Shown here: in pieces, positions 17,388-27,114 of the stretch
Layout: each line of letters starts with the position of its first letter
Position numbering within the stretch: the first letter of the stretch is position 1
NCBI GenBank assembly: GCA_031389685.1
Contig: JANMSV010000112.1
Span: 1-46,234 of the forward strand
Source: Betaproteobacteria bacterium
GTDB taxonomy: Bacteria > Pseudomonadota > Gammaproteobacteria > Burkholderiales > SG8-39
DNA length: 46,234 bases
Direction: 5' to 3'
Position numbers and translations under genes: made by a program
Notes under the pieces: model-generated
The model's input: only the letters and a program-made list of their open reading frames with translations
What the model was told of the DNA's origin: nothing
Database searches by the model: none

Positions 17388-17954
17388 ATGGCCAAGGTCT
17401 CGGCAGTTGAAATCCGCGTCGGCAATCTCCTGGAATGGGACAAGCGCGTGTGGCGCGTGCTCAAGTGCTACCACGTGCACGTTGGCGGACGCGGCGGCGC
17501 GTTCATGCAGGTAGAGATGAAGGACATCGAGGCGGGCACCAAGACCAACCAGCGCTTCCGCACCGAAGACAAGATCGAACGCGCGTTTGTCGATCCGCGT
17601 GGCATGCAGTTTCTGTACCAGGACGGCACCGGTTACGTGTTCATGGACCAGGAAAACTACGAGCAGCTGACGCTGCAGGCCGAGTTCCTCGAGGGGCAGG
17701 CCGGCTACCTCCTCCCGAACGCCGAAGTGCAGATCAATTTCTACAATGGGCGTGCCATCGGCGTCGCGATCCCGCCCTCTGTCGTACTCACCGTCGCGGA
17801 CACGGAACCCGGCATCAGGAACGCGACCGCGACCAACACTTTCAAACCGGCGACGATGGAAACCGGCATCACCGTGCAGGTGCCCCCGTTCATCAACAAG
17901 GGCGAAAGAATCAAGATCGACACTAACGAAGGCACCTACATGGAGCGCGCCTAG
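17388..17954 (+). CDS. efp: Elongation factor P family protein, atypical Arg-tip loop (HVHVGGRGGAF)
   Basis: QFLYQDG, FMDQENYEQ, DTEPG, KPATMETG.TVQVPPFI, IDT..G.YMERA; 188 aa. Confidence 0.93.
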   Translation: MAKVSAVEIRVGNLLEWDKRVWRVLKCYHVHVGGRGGAFMQVEMKDIEAGTKTNQRFRTEDKIERAFVDPRGMQFLYQDGTGYVFMDQENYEQLTLQAEFLEGQAGYLLPNAEVQINFYNGRAIGVAIPPSVVLTVADTEPGIRNATATNTFKPATMETGITVQVPPFINKGERIKIDTNEGTYMERA

Positions 17955-18979
17955 GCCATCGCGCCGAAGGCCTCCTGCGCTTCCCGGTACGCAACGCTCC
18001 TGCGCAGGTCACGCCCCCCGCGATGGCGCATGCGCGCCGCACGTTCCGGTACCGCGACTTTGCGTTCTCCCAGCGACTGCAGCAGCTGATCCTGGCCTTG
18101 CGGATCGTGGCAGAGCAGCACCATGTCGCAGCCTGCATCCAGCGCCGCTTGGGCGCGCGCCGGGATGCCGCCCGCGGTGCTCGCCCCCTCCATGGACAGG
18201 TCGTCGCTGAAGATCAGGCCGTCGAACCCCAGCTTGCCGCGCAGCACCTCCTGCAGCCAGACGCGCGAATAACCCGCAGGCTCGCGATCGACCTGCGGGT
18301 AGATCACGTGCGCGGGCATCACCGCCGCAAGCCCTGATCTGATCGCCGCTAGGTAGGGCGCGAGATCCTTGCGCAGGATCTCCTGCAACGGCCGGTGGTC
18401 CGTGGGCACCGCGATGTGCGAGTCTGCAGCCGCGTAGCCATGCCCCGGGAAATGTTTGCCGACCGCGGGCATGCCCGCCTCAGACAAACCGCCGATCAGC
18501 GCCGCCGCCAGGGCGCCCGCGGCAATCGGATCGTAGTGCAGCGCGCGGTCTCCAATCACCGAGCTCGAGCCATAGTCCAGGTCGAGCACCGGCGCGAAAC
18601 TGAAGTCCAGCCCGTGCGCCGCCAGCTCGGCGCCGATGACATAGCCGACGGCGTGTCCTGCCGCCCTCCCCGCTTCCCGGTCGCGGTCCCACAGCCGCCC
18701 CAGGGCGCGCATCGGCGGAAGTGCAGTAAAGCCTTCTCTGAAGCGCTGGACGCGGCCCCCTTCATGATCCACGCAGATCAACAACTGCGGCTCACGCAGC
18801 GCGCGGATCTCTTCAGTAAGCGCCTGCAGCTGTTCCGGGCTCTGGAAATTGCGCGCGAACAGGATCACGGCGCCGGTGGCGGGATGCAGCATGCGCCTGC
18901 GGTCGTCCTCCGTGAGGGTAGGCCCCAGCGGATCCAGCATTGCCGGTCCGAGCGGCAGTCGCGCCCTTAGTCGTCGCAT
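17951..18979 (-). CDS. nagZ: Beta-N-acetylhexosaminidase (GH3)
   Basis: VDHEGGRVQRF, FAPVLD, KHFPGHG..ADSH, SDDLSM; exact start uncertain (18979 or 18940). Confidence 0.94.
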   Translation of the reverse strand: MRRLRARLPLGPAMLDPLGPTLTEDDRRRMLHPATGAVILFARNFQSPEQLQALTEEIRALREPQLLICVDHEGGRVQRFREGFTALPPMRALGRLWDRDREAGRAAGHAVGYVIGAELAAHGLDFSFAPVLDLDYGSSSVIGDRALHYDPIAAGALAAALIGGLSEAGMPAVGKHFPGHGYAAADSHIAVPTDHRPLQEILRKDLAPYLAAIRSGLAAVMPAHVIYPQVDREPAGYSRVWLQEVLRGKLGFDGLIFSDDLSMEGASTAGGIPARAQAALDAGCDMVLLCHDPQGQDQLLQSLGERKVAVPERAARMRHRGGRDLRRSVAYREAQEAFGAMA

Positions 18980-19350
18980 TCCAGGATCACGGTGGCGGCC
19001 GCCATGCCGGGCTCGTCGGTAAGCGTCAGGTGCGAGCGCAGGATGCCGCGCACCCTGAGCAGAGCCGCGAGCTCCGTCGAGAACTGAAGCTGCGGCTTAC
19101 CGGATCCCAGGTTGCTCACCCAAACGCCATGCCAGTTGGCGGGCGCGCGGATGCCCGTGCCCAGCGCCTTGGTAAACGCTTCCTTGGCGGCGAAGCGCTT
19201 GGCCAGGTAGGCCGCCGGCTTGCCGTGCCCCTGGAATCGACGCAACTCCGGTTCGCACAGGATGCGCCGGGCGAAGCGCTGGCCGAATCGCGCCAGAACG
19301 CGCTCGATGCGCGGAATTTCAACCAGGTCCGTGCCGACGCCGTAGATCAC
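18967..19350 (-). CDS. acpS: Holo-ACP synthase
   Basis: GVGTDLVE, RFAAKEAFTKALGTG, GKP. Confidence 0.96.
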   Translation of the reverse strand: MIYGVGTDLVEIPRIERVLARFGQRFARRILCEPELRRFQGHGKPAAYLAKRFAAKEAFTKALGTGIRAPANWHGVWVSNLGSGKPQLQFSTELAALLRVRGILRSHLTLTDEPGMAAATVILECDD

Positions 19351-20093
19351 TTTGCGGCCTGGATCATCAACTGCTTCATCTCACGTACCGCCTCACGCAT
19401 CCCGACGAACAGGGCGCGGCTGACGATCGCATGGCCGATGTGCAGTTCGCGCAACCCCGGAAGGCGCGCAACCGGCTGGACATTGAAGTAGTTGAGGGCA
19501 TGACCCGCATTGAAGCGCATGCCGAGCGCACGAATGCGCTCGCCGGCGCGGGCGATCTTTTCAAGCTCCGCGACCACCGCCGGGGACTCGGCGTCGCGCC
19601 CCCTGGCATGAAAGGCATGCGCGTATGGTCCCGTATGCACTTCGCACACGGCAGCGCCGATGCGGTGCGCCGCTTCGATCTGCTTCGATTCCGCGTCGAT
19701 GAATACCGAAACCACGATCCCCACCTGCGCGAGTTGCGCCACCATGTCTCGCAGGCGAATCTCCAGTGCCGCGATGTCCAGTCCGCCTTCGGTGGTGATC
19801 TCATGACGCCCTTCGGGCACCAGCATCGCCATCTCGGGCCGGATGCGCCGGGAAATCTCCACCATCTCGTCGGTGGCCGCCATTTCCAGGTTGAGCTTGA
19901 GGTGCGTCAATTCGCGCAAGCGCCGCACGTCCTCATCCTGGATATGGCGGCGATCCTCGCGCAGGTGCACCGTGATGCCGTCGGCGCCGCCGAGTTGCGC
20001 TTCTACGGCCGCCCGCACGGGATCCGGTTCGAAGCTGCGCCGCGCCTGGCGCACCGTGGCCACGTGGTCGACATTGACGCCAAGTTCGATCAT
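19347..20093 (-). CDS. pdxJ: Pyridoxine 5'-phosphate synthase
   Basis: LGVNVDHVATVRQAR, HLREDRRHIQ, TTEGGLD, ELHIGHAI. Confidence 0.97.
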   Translation of the reverse strand: MIELGVNVDHVATVRQARRSFEPDPVRAAVEAQLGGADGITVHLREDRRHIQDEDVRRLRELTHLKLNLEMAATDEMVEISRRIRPEMAMLVPEGRHEITTEGGLDIAALEIRLRDMVAQLAQVGIVVSVFIDAESKQIEAAHRIGAAVCEVHTGPYAHAFHARGRDAESPAVVAELEKIARAGERIRALGMRFNAGHALNYFNVQPVARLPGLRELHIGHAIVSRALFVGMREAVREMKQLMIQAAK

Positions 20094-20821
20094 AGGTCTT
20101 GAAGTTCCCGCAACATTTCCCGCGTGTGCAGGGTCTGTCCCGACAGGCGCGCGGCGATCAGACTGCGCATCAGCCGGCGCGCCTCGTCCCGCGTCTGCGT
20201 GCGCGCGTAGTCGTCGCGCGACATGTCGAGCAGCGTCTGCCCGTCGACCACCACGTCCTCGGGTTGGAAATCAGACGCGCCGCCGTTGACGGCCAGCGGC
20301 CCGCGCTCCGGAACGTAGGCGTAACGCATGCCGGGCTGCACCGGCCTGCCGCTGGCGGCATCGCGATCCAGCGGCGGAGCATACCCGAGTTCAGTCAGCA
20401 GCTTGAGCTCGAAGCCGCGCAGCAGCACCGCGTGCTCTGCGCCAGCGGCCAGGCGTGCGACGGCGCCAGCGTAGGCGTCGAACAGGTGCTCGTGGGCGTC
20501 CTCGCGCGGCAGCAGGCGCAGCAGCAGTTCATTGATGTAGAAACCGCACATCAGACCCAAGCCGGCCAGCGCCCGCTGCCCGCCCGACCACTCCGCAGCC
20601 ACCAGGGTGCCGAGTTCGGCGGACGCGGACCAGCTCAGGCGCAATGGATGGAATGCAAGCAAGGTGCCGCGGAGTGCCGAACGCGCGCGGCGCGCGCCGC
20701 GCGCCAGCAGCCCCACGCGGCCGCAATGGCGCGTGAAGACTTCCACGATCAGGCTGGTTTCCTTGTACGGGTAGCTGTGCAGGACGTAGGCCGGCTCCAG
20801 CTGCACGCGGCGGCGCGTCAT
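20090..20821 (-). CDS. recO: DNA repair protein RecO
   Basis: AYVLHSYPYKETSLIV, ARGAR, GFYINELL, FELKLL..LGY; between era and pdxJ. Confidence 0.94.
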   Translation of the reverse strand: MTRRRVQLEPAYVLHSYPYKETSLIVEVFTRHCGRVGLLARGARRARSALRGTLLAFHPLRLSWSASAELGTLVAAEWSGGQRALAGLGLMCGFYINELLLRLLPREDAHEHLFDAYAGAVARLAAGAEHAVLLRGFELKLLTELGYAPPLDRDAASGRPVQPGMRYAYVPERGPLAVNGGASDFQPEDVVVDGQTLLDMSRDDYARTQTRDEARRLMRSLIAARLSGQTLHTREMLRELQDL

Positions 20822-21702
20822 GCGTAGCCCAGCTCGCGCAGCGTGCGCGCGTCCTCCGTCCAGCGGCGTTTCACCTTGATCCAGACCTGCAGGAACACTT
20901 TGCCCCCGTACAGGCTTTCCATGTCCTTGCGCGCGTCGGTCGAAATGCGCTTCAGCATCGCGCCGCCTTTGCCCAGCACGATCGGTTTGTGGCTGTCGCG
21001 CTCCACCCAGAGCGTTGCCTCGATGCGCCGCAACTTGCCTTCCTGGCGAAAGCTGTCCACGATCACGTCGCAGCGATAGGGCAATTCCTCTCCGAGAAAT
21101 CGAAACACCTTTTCGCGCAGCAACTCCGCCGCGAAAAAGCGCTCGTCGCGATCGGTCAGTTGCTCCAACGGGTAGTGCGGCGGACTTTCGGGCAGGTTCG
21201 CGCGCAGCACCTTGAGCAGCTCGGGCAAGTTGCGGCCGGTGGTTGCCGAAACAGGAACGATGGCGGCGAACTGCCGCTCCCGCGCCACCCGCTCCAGGAA
21301 TGGCAGCAGGCGCAGGGCGGGGCGCACCTGGTCGACCTTGTTGACGACTGCCACCACCGGTTTGTCCGCCGGGATTCTCGCCAGTGCGGCGCGGTCCGCG
21401 GCATCCAGCCGCATGGCTTCGAGTACGAAGGCAACCACGTCCACGTCGCGCGCCACCTCGCCGGCACGGCGGTTGAGGGAGCGGTTCAGAAGGTTGCGGT
21501 GCCGGGTCTGAAAACCCGGGGAGTCGACGAACGCGTACTGGCAATCGGAGGTGTTGAGGATCCCGGTCAGGAGATGGCGTGTGGTTTGCTCGCGCGGCGA
21601 CACGATCGCCAGCTTTTGCCCTACCAGGCGATTCAGGAGGCTGGACTTGCCGGTGTTTGGCCGGCCGACGAACCCAACGCTTCCGCTGCGAAACGCAGTC
21701 AT
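20818..21702 (-). CDS. era: GTPase Era
   Basis: GRPNTGKS, QTTR, DSPG, NKVD, KH domain GKGG, VFLQVWIKVK. Confidence 0.97.
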   Translation of the reverse strand: MTAFRSGSVGFVGRPNTGKSSLLNRLVGQKLAIVSPREQTTRHLLTGILNTSDCQYAFVDSPGFQTRHRNLLNRSLNRRAGEVARDVDVVAFVLEAMRLDAADRAALARIPADKPVVAVVNKVDQVRPALRLLPFLERVARERQFAAIVPVSATTGRNLPELLKVLRANLPESPPHYPLEQLTDRDERFFAAELLREKVFRFLGEELPYRCDVIVDSFRQEGKLRRIEATLWVERDSHKPIVLGKGGAMLKRISTDARKDMESLYGGKVFLQVWIKVKRRWTEDARTLRELGYA

Positions 21703-22370
21703 GCGTCCAGCTGTCTGAGCAGCGCTGCAGCCGCCTTCTGCTCTGCTGAGCGCCGCGAGCTGCCGCTGCCGCGCGCGCGCAGGCCGAGTGTCTCAACCAC
21801 GCATTCGACCTCGAAGGTCTGCCGGTGGGCCGCGCCCAGCGTCGCCACCACCTCGTAGCGGGGCAGCGCCCGGTGGCGCGCCTGCAGCGCCTCCTGCAGG
21901 CTGGTCTTGGCGTCCTTTGCGGTGCCGCCTTCACCCGCGCTGTCGAGCGCCGCACCCAGGGTGTTTAGCACGGCATGCCTCGCGCTATCGTAGCCCGCAT
22001 CCAGGAACACGGCGCCGTAGACTGCTTCCAACGCATCCGCGAGGATGGACGGGCGGTCCGCGCCGCCGCTGGTGCCCTCACCCTGCCCCATGCGCAGGTA
22101 GCCGGCAAGGTCGATCTCCCTGGCAACGGCAGCCAAGGCTTCCTCGCGCACCAGGCTCGCGCGCAGGCGCGACAGTTCTCCCTCGCTCAAGTCTGGAAAG
22201 CGCTCGATCAGCGCTTCCGCCACCGCGCAGCCGAGCACGCTGTCGCCAAGAAACTCCAGGCGTTCGTTGTGCGGCGAGCCAAAACTGCGGTGCGTCAGGG
22301 CCTGCTCGAGGAGCTCGGCGCGCACGAAGCGGTGGCCGATCCGTTCCTCCAGGCGCGCCGTGCGGGTCAA
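21699..22370 (-). CDS. rnc: Ribonuclease III
   Basis: ALTHRS, NERLEFLGDS, LADALEA, dsRBD KTSLQE; TTG start inferred. Confidence 0.96.
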   Translation of the reverse strand: MTRTARLEERIGHRFVRAELLEQALTHRSFGSPHNERLEFLGDSVLGCAVAEALIERFPDLSEGELSRLRASLVREEALAAVAREIDLAGYLRMGQGEGTSGGADRPSILADALEAVYGAVFLDAGYDSARHAVLNTLGAALDSAGEGGTAKDAKTSLQEALQARHRALPRYEVVATLGAAHRQTFEVECVVETLGLRARGSGSSRRSAEQKAAAALLRQLDA

Positions 22371-22389
22371 GCGACGCGCGCAGCCCCGG

Positions 22390-22752
22390 CTAGTTGCTGG
22401 AAGACGCTGCGGTGAAATCGATGAACACCCCGATGTTCGCGAACAACGGGATTTCCCTGCGGTAGGAGGCGACAATGGAAAAGCCGTTGCCTTCCTTGGT
22501 GATCTCGAGGTCGCTCGCATTGACGCTCTTGATGTCGTCGATGGCCGTGCGGCTCTCGAAGGCGCGGCGGATGTCGGTCACTGCGCCGCCGCGGCCGCGG
22601 CTTTCCAGCGCGATGCCGGCGAGTGCCTTCTTGATGGTGAAGTACTCGATGTACGAAGGCAGCAGCTTCATGGCGAGCAACGCCACCATGATGACGACCA
22701 CCGAACCCGCGATCAGTCCGGTCAGGGTAACGCCGCGTTGCCTGTTGCGCAT
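22390..22752 (-). CDS. DUF4845 family protein (pilin-like N-terminus)
   Basis: RQRGVTL followed by a hydrophobic segment; usual position between lepB and rnc. Confidence 0.85.
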   Translation of the reverse strand: MRNRQRGVTLTGLIAGSVVVIMVALLAMKLLPSYIEYFTIKKALAGIALESRGRGGAVTDIRRAFESRTAIDDIKSVNASDLEITKEGNGFSIVASYRREIPLFANIGVFIDFTAASSSN

Positions 22753-22778
22753 GATGGATCTCCTGTCGGAACGACCCG

Positions 22779-23567
22779 CTAACGGAAGGACCCGAAGCGG
22801 CCCAGTTCCCCGAGATTGAGCCAGATGAAGAACGCCTTGCCGACGATATTCTCGTCCGGCACGAACCCCCAGACACGGCTGTCGCTCGAATTGTCCCGAT
22901 TGTCGCCCATGACGAAAAAGTGGCCGGGCGGTACCGTGCATGCCAAGCCCGACATATTGTAGTTGCAATTGTCGAAATATGGGAACGCGCGCGCCTGCAC
23001 CACGAACGCCGGCACGTCGTCCTCGACCATGATCTGGTGCTCGGCACCGTCCAGTTTTTCCAGGAAGCGGCGCGAATACTGCATGCGCTCGCGCGACAGG
23101 TAGTCCTCGATCTGTTTCATCGGCACCGGCTGACCATTGATGGTCAGCCGCTTGCCGCGGTATTCGATGCGGTCCCCGGGCAGACCGACCACGCGCTTGA
23201 TGTAGTCGAGCGACGGTTCCTCGGGGTAGCGGAACACCATGACGTCGCCGCGCCGGGGGCTGCCGATCTCAATCAGCTTGCGATTCGCCACCGGCAAGCG
23301 GATGCCGTAGGTGAACTTGTTGACCAGGATGAAATCGCCGACCAGCAGGGTTGGGACCATCGAACCCGAGGGAATCTTGAACGGCTCCACCGCGAATGAA
23401 CGCAGCAGGAACACAATCAAGATCACCGGGAAGAAGCTGACCGAGTACTCCACCCACCAGGGTTGCCGGTCGTCCCGGCGGCGGCGCCTGCCCAGCCAGG
23501 CGGCGTCCAGCGCCCACACGCCTCCCGTCAGCACCAGCAGAATCAGCAGGAACAAGGCGAAATTCAC
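22779..23567 (-). CDS. lepB: Signal peptidase I
   Basis: PFKIPSGSMVPTL, DYIKRVVGLPGD, MGDNRDNSSDSR; GTG start. Confidence 0.96.
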   Translation of the reverse strand: MNFALFLLILLVLTGGVWALDAAWLGRRRRRDDRQPWWVEYSVSFFPVILIVFLLRSFAVEPFKIPSGSMVPTLLVGDFILVNKFTYGIRLPVANRKLIEIGSPRRGDVMVFRYPEEPSLDYIKRVVGLPGDRIEYRGKRLTINGQPVPMKQIEDYLSRERMQYSRRFLEKLDGAEHQIMVEDDVPAFVVQARAFPYFDNCNYNMSGLACTVPPGHFFVMGDNRDNSSDSRVWGFVPDENIVGKAFFIWLNLGELGRFGSFR

Positions 23568-23569
23568 GC

Positions 23570-25372
23570 CTAATCCGAGTCCCTGCGCAGTACCGCCAGG
23601 AACGCCTCCTGCGGAATCCCTACCGAGCCCACCTGCTTCATGCGCTTCTTGCCTTCCTTTTGCTTTTCCAGCAGCTTTCTCTTGCGCGAGACGTCGCCTC
23701 CATAGCATTTGGCCAGCACGTTCTTGCGCAGCGCTTTGACGTTCTCGCGCGCGATGATGTTCGCGCCGATCGCCGCCTGGATCGCGACGTCGAACATCTG
23801 CCGCGGGATCAGGCCGCGCAGGCGCGCCGCCAGGTCCCGGCCCTGCCGCTGCGCCACCTCGCGGTGCACCATGCTGGAGAGCGCGTCCACGCGTTCGCCG
23901 TTCACTAGCACGTCCAGCCTGATCACGTCCGCGGGCCGGTATTCCTTGAACTCGTAATCCATGGATCCGAAACCGCGCGTGAGCGACTTCAGCCGATCGA
24001 AGAAGTCCAGCACCACCTCGTTCAAGGGCAGGTCATAGGACAGCACCACGTGCCGCGCCGAGTAGTGCAGGTTGGTCTGCACGCCGCGTTTCTCGGTGCA
24101 CAGCGTCATCACCGGCCCGACGTACTCCTGCGGCACGAACAGGGTGGTTGCGATCACCGGCTCGCGGATCTCCGCGATCTGTGCCGGATCGGGCAGCTTC
24201 GCGGGATTCGACACCAGTTCCACCATGCCGTCGCGCAGATGCACCTCGTACACCACCGAGGGCGCCGTGGTGACCAGTTCCATGCCGTATTCGCGTTCCA
24301 GGCGTTCCTGCACGATGTCCATGTGCAGCAGGCCGAGGAATCCGCAACGAAAGCCGAAGCCGAGCGCCTGCGATACCTCCGGCTCGTATTGGAAGGACGC
24401 GTCGTTGAGATGCAGCTTCTCCAGCGCGTCGCGCATCGCCTCGTACTGATTGGATTCCACCGGGAACAGGCCCGCGAACACCTGCGGCTTGATCTCCTTG
24501 AATCCGGCCAGCGGCGCCGGCGCCGGTTTGTCCGCCCGCGTCATGGTGTCGCCGACCTTGGCCTCGCGCAGTTCCTTGACGCCGGCGACCACGAATCCCA
24601 CTTCGCCTGCTTCCAACGCCGCGCGCTGTTCCGACTTGGGTGTGAATACGCCGACCTGTTCGCACGGGTGCACCGCGCCGGTGCTCATCAGCAGCACCTT
24701 GTCTTTGGGTCGCAGGGTCCCGGCGAACATCCGCACCAGCATCACAACGCCGACGTAGTTATCGAACCACGAGTCGATCACCAAGGCCTGCAGGGGCGCC
24801 GCGGGGTCGCCGCTGGGCGGCGGCACCCGCGCAATCACGGCTTCGAGGATCTCCGGCACGCCCTCCCCCGTCTTGGCGCTGGCGCGCAGCGCGTCCTTCG
24901 CCTGGATACCGATGACGTCCTCGATCTCCTGAATCGCTTTCTCCGGATCGGCGGAGGGCAGGTCGATCTTGTTCAGCACCGGGATTACCGTGACACCCTG
25001 CTCGATCGCGGTGTAGCAGTTGGCGACCGTCTGCGCTTCTACGCCCTGCGAGGCGTCCACCACCAGCAGCGCACCTTCACAGGCGGCCAGCGAACGACTC
25101 ACTTCGTAGGAAAAATCCACGTGCCCCGGCGTGTCGATGAGATTGAGCAGGTAGTGTTCGCCGTCGCGCGCCCGGTACTGCAGCGCCGCCGTCTGTGCCT
25201 TGATGGTGATGCCGCGTTCGCGCTCCAGGGCCATGGAGTCGAGCACCTGTTCGGCCATCTCCCGATCGGCAAGCCCCCCGCACAGCTGGATGATACGGTC
25301 AGCCAGCGTCGACTTGCCGTGATCGATGTGCGCAATGATGGAGAAGTTGCGGATGCGGCTCGGCGGGGTCAT
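23570..25372 (-). CDS. lepA: Elongation factor 4 (LepA)
   Basis: [43 protein letters not shown]. Confidence 0.98.
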   Translation of the reverse strand: MTPPSRIRNFSIIAHIDHGKSTLADRIIQLCGGLADREMAEQVLDSMALERERGITIKAQTAALQYRARDGEHYLLNLIDTPGHVDFSYEVSRSLAACEGALLVVDASQGVEAQTVANCYTAIEQGVTVIPVLNKIDLPSADPEKAIQEIEDVIGIQAKDALRASAKTGEGVPEILEAVIARVPPPSGDPAAPLQALVIDSWFDNYVGVVMLVRMFAGTLRPKDKVLLMSTGAVHPCEQVGVFTPKSEQRAALEAGEVGFVVAGVKELREAKVGDTMTRADKPAPAPLAGFKEIKPQVFAGLFPVESNQYEAMRDALEKLHLNDASFQYEPEVSQALGFGFRCGFLGLLHMDIVQERLEREYGMELVTTAPSVVYEVHLRDGMVELVSNPAKLPDPAQIAEIREPVIATTLFVPQEYVGPVMTLCTEKRGVQTNLHYSARHVVLSYDLPLNEVVLDFFDRLKSLTRGFGSMDYEFKEYRPADVIRLDVLVNGERVDALSSMVHREVAQRQGRDLAARLRGLIPRQMFDVAIQAAIGANIIARENVKALRKNVLAKCYGGDVSRKRKLLEKQKEGKKRMKQVGSVGIPQEAFLAVLRRDSD

Positions 25373-25411
25373 AAAAAAAGGTGCCGGTGGCACCCTTGTG
25401 CGAAACGGTCG

Positions 25412-25639
25412 CTATCTTACCGCAAGCCGCGCCCGCAATGCCGCTTCGTCCAGATGGTAGTGGCAGATCTCCACGCCCGCGGGATCGGCGAGCACGGGTA
25501 CCCGCGCGCCGTAGCTTGCGTCCAGAGCGGGGTCCGCGTCGACGTCGAGTTCCTCGAACGCCACGCCAAGCGCGCGCAGCGCGCGCGCCATGTCCTCGCA
25601 CAAGTGGCAATACCTGCGCCCGTAGAGGCGAAAAATCAG
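25412..25639 (-). CDS. Glutaredoxin-like protein (DUF836)
   Basis: LYGRRYCHLCEDM (CxxC), DVDADPAL, YGARVPVL, ICHYHLD; needs a non-canonical start (CTG 25639) to include the CxxC. Confidence 0.75.
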   Translation of the reverse strand: MIFRLYGRRYCHLCEDMARALRALGVAFEELDVDADPALDASYGARVPVLADPAGVEICHYHLDEAALRARLAVR

Positions 25640-25640
25640 C

Positions 25641-27059
25641 TTAGCCCTTGTCCGCCAGGCCGGTGACCGTGACGAAGGCCGTATTTTCGCCGCGACGCAC
25701 CTGCAGCGTGATCACCGCGTTCTTGTCCATGCCCGCCAGCAGCTTGTTGAACTGCTCCGTGGACTTCAGTTCCGTGTGCTGGCCGTTGTGCACCACCTTG
25801 AGGATCACGTCGCCGCGGCGCACGTCGGCGCGCGCGTCGGGACGCACGTCCGACACCACCACCCCGTGCCCCAGCTTCATCTCGCGCTTTTGCTCGGCCG
25901 TCAATTCGCTCACCACCAGCCCTAGCCGGTTGGCGGCGAGTTCTGCGGGCTTGCGCTCGCGCGGCGCATCGCGTGCCGCGACCCGCTCCTCCTGCAGCTC
26001 GCCGACCGTCAGCGTGAGGGTGCGGGACGCCGCCTTGCGCCACACCTCCACCTGCACGCTGGCGCCCGGACGCGTGGCACCGACGATGCGTGGCAAGTCG
26101 CTGGAAGAGTCGACGGGCTTGCCGTCGAAGCGGGTGATGATGTCGGTCGCCTCGATACCGCCCCGGTCCGCCGGGCTGCCCTTCTCCACCGAGTTCACCA
26201 GGGCACCGCGCGGACGATCGATGCCGAAGGACAGGGCCAGGTCCTTCGTCACCTCCTGGATCACCACGCCGATGCGACCGCGCGACACGCGGCCCTTGTC
26301 GCGCAATTGCCTCTGGATATCGAGGGCCACGTCGATCGGAATCGCGAACGACAGGCCCATGAAGCCCCCGGTGCGGCTGTAAATCTGCGAATTGACGCCG
26401 ACCACTTCGCCCTTCATGTTGAACAGCGGGCCGCCGGAATTGCCCGGGTTGATGGCCACGTCGGTCTGGATGAAGGGCACGAAGTTCTCCTGCGGCAGCG
26501 AGCGTCCCTTGGCGCTGACGATTCCGGCGGTCACGGTATTCTCGAAGCCGAACGGCGAGCCGATCGCCACCACCCACTCGCCCACCTTGAGCTTTGCGGG
26601 GTCGCCCAGGCGCACGGCGGGCAAGTTCGACGCGTCGATCTTGATCAGCGCGACGTCGGTACGCTTGTCCGCACCGATGACCTTGGCCTTGTACTCGCGC
26701 TTGTCGGTGAGCTTGACGTTGATTTCGTCGGCGGCGTCAATCACGTGCGCATTGGTGAGGATGTAGCCGTCCGCGCTGATGATGAAGCCGGACCCGAGGG
26801 ACCGGCTTTCCGGGCGCGCGCCGGGCCCGGGCTGGCGCGGGATGAAGCGGCGGAAGAATTCCAGCATCTCCTCGTCTTCGATGTTCGGCACCTGCGGCAC
26901 GTTGGCGCGGCGCGGCGCCTGCGTGGTGCTGATGTTGACGACTGCCGTCCCTTGCTCCTCAACCAGGCGGGTGAAGTCGGGAAGTTCGCGTCCCTGGGCC
27001 GCGGCGAGGGCCGCGCAGGTGGCGAGCAGCAGCGCGACGGCCAATCTGTACAAATGCAT
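25641..27059 (-). CDS. DegP/MucD-type periplasmic serine protease with two PDZ domains
   Basis: Signal peptide; LTNAHV, DVAL, GNSGGPL triad; two PDZ domains; in the rpoE operon. Confidence 0.95.
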   Translation of the reverse strand: MHLYRLAVALLLATCAALAAAQGRELPDFTRLVEEQGTAVVNISTTQAPRRANVPQVPNIEDEEMLEFFRRFIPRQPGPGARPESRSLGSGFIISADGYILTNAHVIDAADEINVKLTDKREYKAKVIGADKRTDVALIKIDASNLPAVRLGDPAKLKVGEWVVAIGSPFGFENTVTAGIVSAKGRSLPQENFVPFIQTDVAINPGNSGGPLFNMKGEVVGVNSQIYSRTGGFMGLSFAIPIDVALDIQRQLRDKGRVSRGRIGVVIQEVTKDLALSFGIDRPRGALVNSVEKGSPADRGGIEATDIITRFDGKPVDSSSDLPRIVGATRPGASVQVEVWRKAASRTLTLTVGELQEERVAARDAPRERKPAELAANRLGLVVSELTAEQKREMKLGHGVVVSDVRPDARADVRRGDVILKVVHNGQHTELKSTEQFNKLLAGMDKNAVITLQVRRGENTAFVTVTGLADKG

Positions 27060-27114
27060 TTTGCATCCTCTCGGAAAGTAACGTGCCCGGCATTCCCCCG
27101 GGCAGCTCAGGAAA

